Source of the DNA: Basidiobolus meristosporus CBS 931.73
Lineage: Eukaryota > Fungi > Basidiobolomycota
DNA: 37,023 bases
NCBI GenBank assembly: GCA_002104905.1
Contig: MCFE01000776.1
Coordinates: 1-37,023 of the forward strand
Direction: 5' to 3'
The notes below the pieces were generated by a model that saw only the letters and a program-made list of their open reading frames with translations, made no database searches and was not told the origin of the DNA. Positions within the stretch are counted from its first letter, which is position 1; every line of letters starts with the position of its first letter. A program made the translations under genes and the position numbers. This document shows positions 34,011 to 37,023 of the stretch, one piece after another.

Positions 34011-35147
34011 GTACATCTACTATATGAACCCGTTTTCTTTCAGCATTTGGCTGGTGTATCCACTGTATCAGGAGTAAAAGCTCCACATAAGGACTTTAAG
34101 GGGCACCCGTTAATGATGACATACAGATGCTACCACCCTGGTCCCAAAATAGGATTTCCAGCTGACCTTGGCAGATTACCAAGGAGAAGCCAATTTACTC
34201 ACTTTCCACGCAAGAATCTGCCAGCACAATGGATCCAATTTCTTGCCAAACCAATCCCAAGTCACGGAGCTGCTTACAACATGACGATTTCCCATGGGAC
34301 AAATGGGATGGATTTCCAAAGCTCCAAACTTCCCCAAAAACAAGTATTGCTTAGGTTACCGCGCTTTATCTCATGCGGCTCAGTATAGGGATCTATCGAG
34401 AAAGAGGATTGGTGGATCTGCCCAGGGTTTAGGCATTTCCGGAAGCCAGATTTTCAAGGCAACTAGTGCAAGAACACCAAGGGGCTCCGTACCGAATGGT
34501 GAAATATCAGGAATATGGGGTGAGTACCAAACACTTGCGACCAAAGGGATTGCCATTCTCGAGAAACTGCACCAATCATGATCGAGGAATCAGTAAAGAT
34601 ATCGGGTGGGAACGAATTGAATATGCGATCCTCTAGTTCATGGCAACCGCGTGCGGGGGAAAGCAATCACCATGACCCAACTCTGATAATCAACACCCTC
34701 ATGTCACAAGATCATTTAACAAACCAATCTAACCTTTTCGTGAGCCAAGCTGACCGACCAATCACAGGGACTCCAATCCCGTCGACCAAAAAAGTGGGCC
34801 ACTGACTTCACTTCGATGGCTCAAGGGCCAATGCCCTTTGAAAGGCGATTGCGCTATCGAATCCGACCGATCGTCCCAGCACACCTTGATTTCCGGATAT
34901 CGCTGCAAAAGTTAAGTGCGTTTTGTGTCGGACAGGGTGGCGGTAAATTAAGTGGTAACCAACCTAAAATCGGTTCGGCAAGCCAGTCAAGGTCGAGGAT
35001 CCCACCATGCGGTGTCACAGAATGCCCGGACCCACATTTTTGGCTTGATATGAATATGGCCGTCGTCAACCCAATAGTGTCGGCGGTGGACGACATGCAC
35101 AATCGCTACCGGGTCGAGTTAATCTAGCCGAGTGCTGACCATCATCC

Positions 35148-35154
35148 TATATAA
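35148..35154 (+). promoter_or_regulatory. Candidate TATA box of the transporter gene
   Basis: TATATAA about 83 bp upstream of the ATG at 35237. Confidence 0.5.
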
Positions 35155-35236
35155 CTCCTCAGCTCATCCCCTTGGCTATTCGTTCAACTGAAGTCCACTC
35201 GAGGCTCCCACTACCACCAGCTTGACTAAATCAACC

Positions 35237-36922
35237 ATGGAGATTCATGATTTCACCTGGCTTTTCGTACTTGGCCTCTTGTTTGCCATGCTGGACGCCT
35301 ATGGCATCGGGGCCAATGACGTTGCCAACTCCTTCTCTACCTCTGTCGCCTCCAAGTCACTGACCCTTGGTCAAGCCTGTGCCATTGCCGTATTCACCGA
35401 GTTCTTCGGTGCCTTCCTTCTTGGCTCCGGTACCTCCGAGACCATTCGTGGAAAGATCATTGCCCTCGAGAACTTTGCCGGTCAGCCTGAACTCCTTATG
35501 GTTAGTATTCGTCGTTTTGTCCATAACCCCTCCAGTCCAAACACACCCCATCTCCCTCACTCTCGCCTTCACCGGCTTCCCCCCCCCTCACCTCGTCATG
35601 AACTCCTCAAGAAGCTGGTCACTAACCTTGCACTCTTACTTTTCATTCTGTAGCTTGCCATGGTGTGTGCAGTCATCGGATCATCGACCTGGGTTCTCTT
35701 CGCCACTCGCAACGGATGGCCCGTGTCGACCACTCACTCCATTGTTGGCGCCATCATTGGGGTAGGCATTGCCGCATTCGGTGTCAACAGTGTTGACTGG
35801 GGATACAGCGGAGTTGCCAAGATCGTGACCTCCTGGTTCGTTTCTCCCATCGCCGCCGGTATCGCCGCCAGTATCATCTACATGTCCACCAAGCTTCTTG
35901 TGTTGACCAAGCCAAACTCATTCGAGCGTGGCCTCCGTGCGATCCCATTCTACTTTGGCCTGACCACGTTCATCTCGATGTTCTACGTCTTCTACAAAGC
36001 CCCTGGCTTCAAGGAGCTCACCAAGAACAATGTCGGTTTGGTGTGGGGCCTCACCGCCGGCATCACCGTTCTTATCATGCTCTTCTGCTGGTTCTTCATT
36101 GCCCCTTGGTTCCGTCGCAAGATCCACGAGAAGGAGGACCTTCGTTGGTACCATGTCTTCATCATCCCCACCCTTGGCCCTCGTCCCCCCAAGGCCGAGG
36201 TCGCCCTGGAATTGAACGAGGACGAGATCAAGGGTGAAGGAAAACTCGAGGCCACCGAAGAATCCTCCCCCAACTCCCTCTTCAAGAAGTTCAAGAAGAT
36301 CGTGCTTGCTGGTGTGCAACATGATGTGGTCAACTGTAAGGAGGAGAGACTCCAGAAGATCCATGATGCCGCCGATCGTTACGATGATGACACCGAGTAC
36401 ATGTACAGCTTCATTCAGGTCGTCACCGCGAGTATGGCCAGTTTCGCTCACGGCTCAAATGACGTTGCCAACGCTGTGGGTCCTCTCTCCACCGTGTACT
36501 ACATCTGGAGCACCGCAACTGTCGATCTGAGTGGCAAGACCCCAGTACCACTGTGGATCCTTGCCTTGGCGGTGTGTTCATCGACATCGGGCTGTTGACC
36601 TTTGGCTACAACATCATGCGGTCACTCGGAAACAAGATCACCTATCACTCGCCATCTCGTGGGTTCAGTATGGAACTAGGAAGTTGTCTCACCGTCCTCA
36701 CCGCCTCGAAGATTGGACTTCCGGTCTCGACCACACATTGCATCACTGGGGCTACCACGGCGGTAGGACTTTGCAACGGCAGCGCCAAGACGATCAACTG
36801 GCGAATGATTGGGCTGGTGCTTTTTCTCATGGATCCTCACTCTCCCATGCGCGGGACTGGTTGCCGGATTGATCTTCTCGTTCGCAGCATATGCCCCCAA
36901 ATACTTTGCCGCCACTCAATAG
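35237..36922 (+). CDS. PHO89: PiT/PHO4-family (sodium-)phosphate symporter, about 510 aa; exons 35237-35500 and 35654-36922; two 1-bp frameshifts as sequenced
   Basis: Signature motifs GIGANDVANSF and FAHGSNDVANAVGP; repeats PVSTTHS and PVSTTHC. A -1 shift near 36565 and a +1 shift near 36812 restore ...WCFFSWILTLPCAGLVAGLIFSFAAYAPKYFAATQ*. The symbol is a family-level call. Confidence 0.9.
35501..35653 (+). other. Spliceosomal intron (153 nt)
   Basis: GTTAGT donor, CACTAAC branch point at about 35620, TAG acceptor; splicing gives in-frame PELLM|LAMVCAVIG. Confidence 0.92.
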
Positions 36923-37023
36923 TCACCAATCTTGTACAGCACTCATAAATCGATAATAAACCATCCCTCGTGATTCCACAATATTCGGTCAATAGATAGC
37001 CATCGTGATACCTGGTCTACCAC

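Noticed and set aside
34294-35127. Several 67-103 aa ORFs upstream of the transporter
   Set aside because: No recognisable motifs or codon bias; consistent with chance ORFs in GC-balanced promoter DNA.
35367-35765. 132-aa Pro/Ser-rich ORF
   Set aside because: Alternative frame of exon 1 running through the pyrimidine-rich intron.
35918-36451. 177-aa and 113-aa antisense ORFs over the transporter
   Set aside because: Shadow ORFs expected from strongly biased, C-ending codon usage on the sense strand.
36553-36948. 131-aa ORF as a separate gene
   Set aside because: It is the frameshifted middle of the transporter C-terminus.
1-37023. CRISPR arrays, rRNA or tRNA genes, viral core genes
   Set aside because: No regularly spaced short repeats or recognisable signatures seen; all long repeats are explained by TE copies.

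Overview
Eukaryotic DNA, most likely fungal (an early-diverging lineage is my inference from intron signals, codon usage and TE content). Bases 1 to about 34200 are a CpG-depleted nest of decayed transposons: Ty1/Copia and Ty3/Gypsy fragments, at least two solo-LTR families with target-site duplications (TSDs), and four large copies plus two small fragments of one CMC/CACTA (En/Spm-like) DNA transposon family with CCCTA termini. One copy (12746-19615) is structurally complete: paired TIRs and a 3-bp TAC TSD, whose removal restores the interrupted Gypsy RNase H frame. This family has an unusual two-gene, head-to-head layout. A tnp2-type transposase and a large accessory ORF of unrecognised family (about 750-800 aa) diverge from a conserved ~221-bp spacer. 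Bases ~34200-37023 are CpG-rich host DNA with a two-exon PiT/PHO89-family phosphate transporter carrying two compensating 1-bp homopolymer frameshifts. All alignments and counts were done by eye; no database searches were run.
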